Shown here one piece after another: positions 62,242 to 64,000 of a stretch of 64,000 bases of DNA. The position numbers were made by a program, and so were the translations under genes. The notes beneath the pieces were generated by a model. That model saw only the letters and a program-made list of their open reading frames with translations. It was not told the origin of the DNA and did no database searches. How positions within the stretch are numbered: position 1 is the first letter of the stretch; the number at the start of each line of letters is the position of its first letter. Source of the DNA: Strigamia acuminata (taxonomy: Eukaryota); NCBI GenBank assembly GCA_949358305.1, contig OX442314.1, forward strand, positions 5,890,001 to 5,954,000, written 5' to 3'.

Positions 62242-64000
62242 ATGCAGAATTACTTGACCGTAGGAAATAGACGAAGATTACGAAAACTGCGTCTTTCGAT
62301 TCAACTGATGATTAAGGCTGATGCCAATAAACCAAACTGTGGTATAATATGTTTGGACGATTTTGTAAACAGTAGAAAATATTGGAGCGGGCATCATGCA
62401 TTTTGGCTATTTTTGCTCTTATTTTGCACATGCATGTTCATTTACCAGACGTATGACAGAATAATGCATTACTTAAGTTATCCTACGGCCGTTGATGTGA
62501 CGACCAAAGCGGAGGAGATTGTTTTACCGAACTTGTTGATCTGTAGTAGCAACACAAAAGAAATGGCCAGGCTTTGGAATAAAACATATCCACACCTCAC
62601 AACTAAAAAACCAGAAGATATTGACTCAAACGCTTTTGCATGTGCAAATATGGTAAAATCTCTGATGGCAATTCCAACCTACAACATGGATGAACTTTGG
62701 AAGGCAACCAATATGACAAAAGAGATAGTTAGCATAAAAATGAAAGTAATGGAGCTTAATCATTTTTTTGAAGAAAATAATGATTGAGGTATTGTTTCTA
62801 GGGATATTCAAATAAAACAGTTGTTCAGACAGAAACCTACACTACTTATGGAATGTGCTCAGAATTCCAATTTCGTAAATATGTTACCATTACTATTACT
62901 GAATACAGAGGATTAAATCTCTTGAAATTCTTTTGTTGTTGTTAGGTAAAGATTCTAGTAAATCATTTGTTGGAAAATCGCTGACGGTTAATATTGAAAA
63001 ACTTTATGATTATATCTGTCCTGCAACTGCTTACCATGTAATTTTTCTAATATTATGTAATAACAATACTGATTTTCATTATTGCATTAGATCCTTCTAA
63101 CGTTAAATAAGTTTGAAAAACCTTATTTTAGAACGTATACATATCTTGGGATAAACTCAAAAATCAATTTGAGTTACAAAAAGGTAAAATTTTAAAATTT
63201 TTGGTTTATTTTTGTCCCATTGTTATTAATCCATCTTGTATTTCATTTCAGTACATATTTATCAATGCAACTATAAACTTATGCTCCACTGAAAATGAGT
63301 ACAGGAAATGTTTCCACGGTTGCCTGAAGACAATATTAAATAAGAAGCTAACCTGCAGGTAAATCGTAAATATGAATTTTTTTGATTGCATTGATGTCAA
63401 CCTGGCACGTCTTCACCCTCGGCTCTCTCAGCAACGTCTGTCTCTCACCACATCACTCTGCTCTTACCTCCCCTGCTAGGCCGGTCCACTCTTCCAAGAG
63501 GGGCATGGCTTAGGGCCACCAGCGGGTGTGTGTAGTGACGTAGGCCACTAGGGTGGCCAAACGGTCACATTCTTATTCAAAGTTTCAAAAAATTCGTATG
63601 GGTCGTAACAATCGACGTAATTATTGAATATAGTTTTTTCTTTCTAGTTTTCCATTTATTTATTTGAAAACCAATTTATCTCGCTGTGCGTGTTCAAATG
63701 AGGCACAAGAACAATACGGTGCGGCAAATAAAATAATTGATAACACCGATCCATTTGCTGATTGTCTATGTCGTCGTCCGTGTCAACAACTGATTTCTAA
63801 ACCATATGTTGAAATAAAGGCAATCGATAATAAAAAAATGCAATCCATATCTTTAGCAATTACCAATGAGAGAATTAATGTGTACGAAGAACGATACGCG
63901 TACGATGTTATTGCTTTACTATCGGATTTAGGAGGCAATTTGGGCCTGTTTCTCGGTCTGTCCATAATCTCATTAACCGAAGTCATCTGGTATTTATATT
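62242..64000 (+). CDS. Copy G: DEG/ENaC gene, closest paralog of B, runs off window end
   Basis: Exon 1 at 62242-62745, four small exons to ~63358, exon 6 from ~63648 with SDLGGNLGLFLGLS. Module 2 is not visible in this window. Confidence 0.85.
63405..63569. mobile_element. Truncated LTR (TGTGAC family) in intron 5 of G
   Basis: Reverse-complement match to the start of 60566-61148, ends ACGGTCACA. Confidence 0.6.

Overview
AT-rich eukaryotic (animal, probably invertebrate) genomic DNA with short GT-AG introns. The window holds a tandem/inverted cluster of seven copies of a DEG/ENaC (pickpocket/ASIC-like) sodium-channel gene, labelled A-G. B, D and F appear intact, G runs off the window end, A is a full-length pseudogene, and C and E are exon-1 fragments. 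The main observation is that each full-length gene encodes TWO channel subunits in one polypeptide (TM1-ectodomain-TM2-linker-TM1-ectodomain-TM2, about 810 aa, 11 exons). TM2 of module 1 and TM1 of module 2 lie in one uninterrupted exon, the two halves have matching intron layouts, and their pore motifs differ. The genes are interspersed with Ty1/copia, Ty3/gypsy (Mag-like) and BEL/Pao elements, non-autonomous LTR elements, solo LTRs with target-site duplications (TSDs), and nested MITEs. All exon boundaries and alignments were read by eye; no database searches were run.
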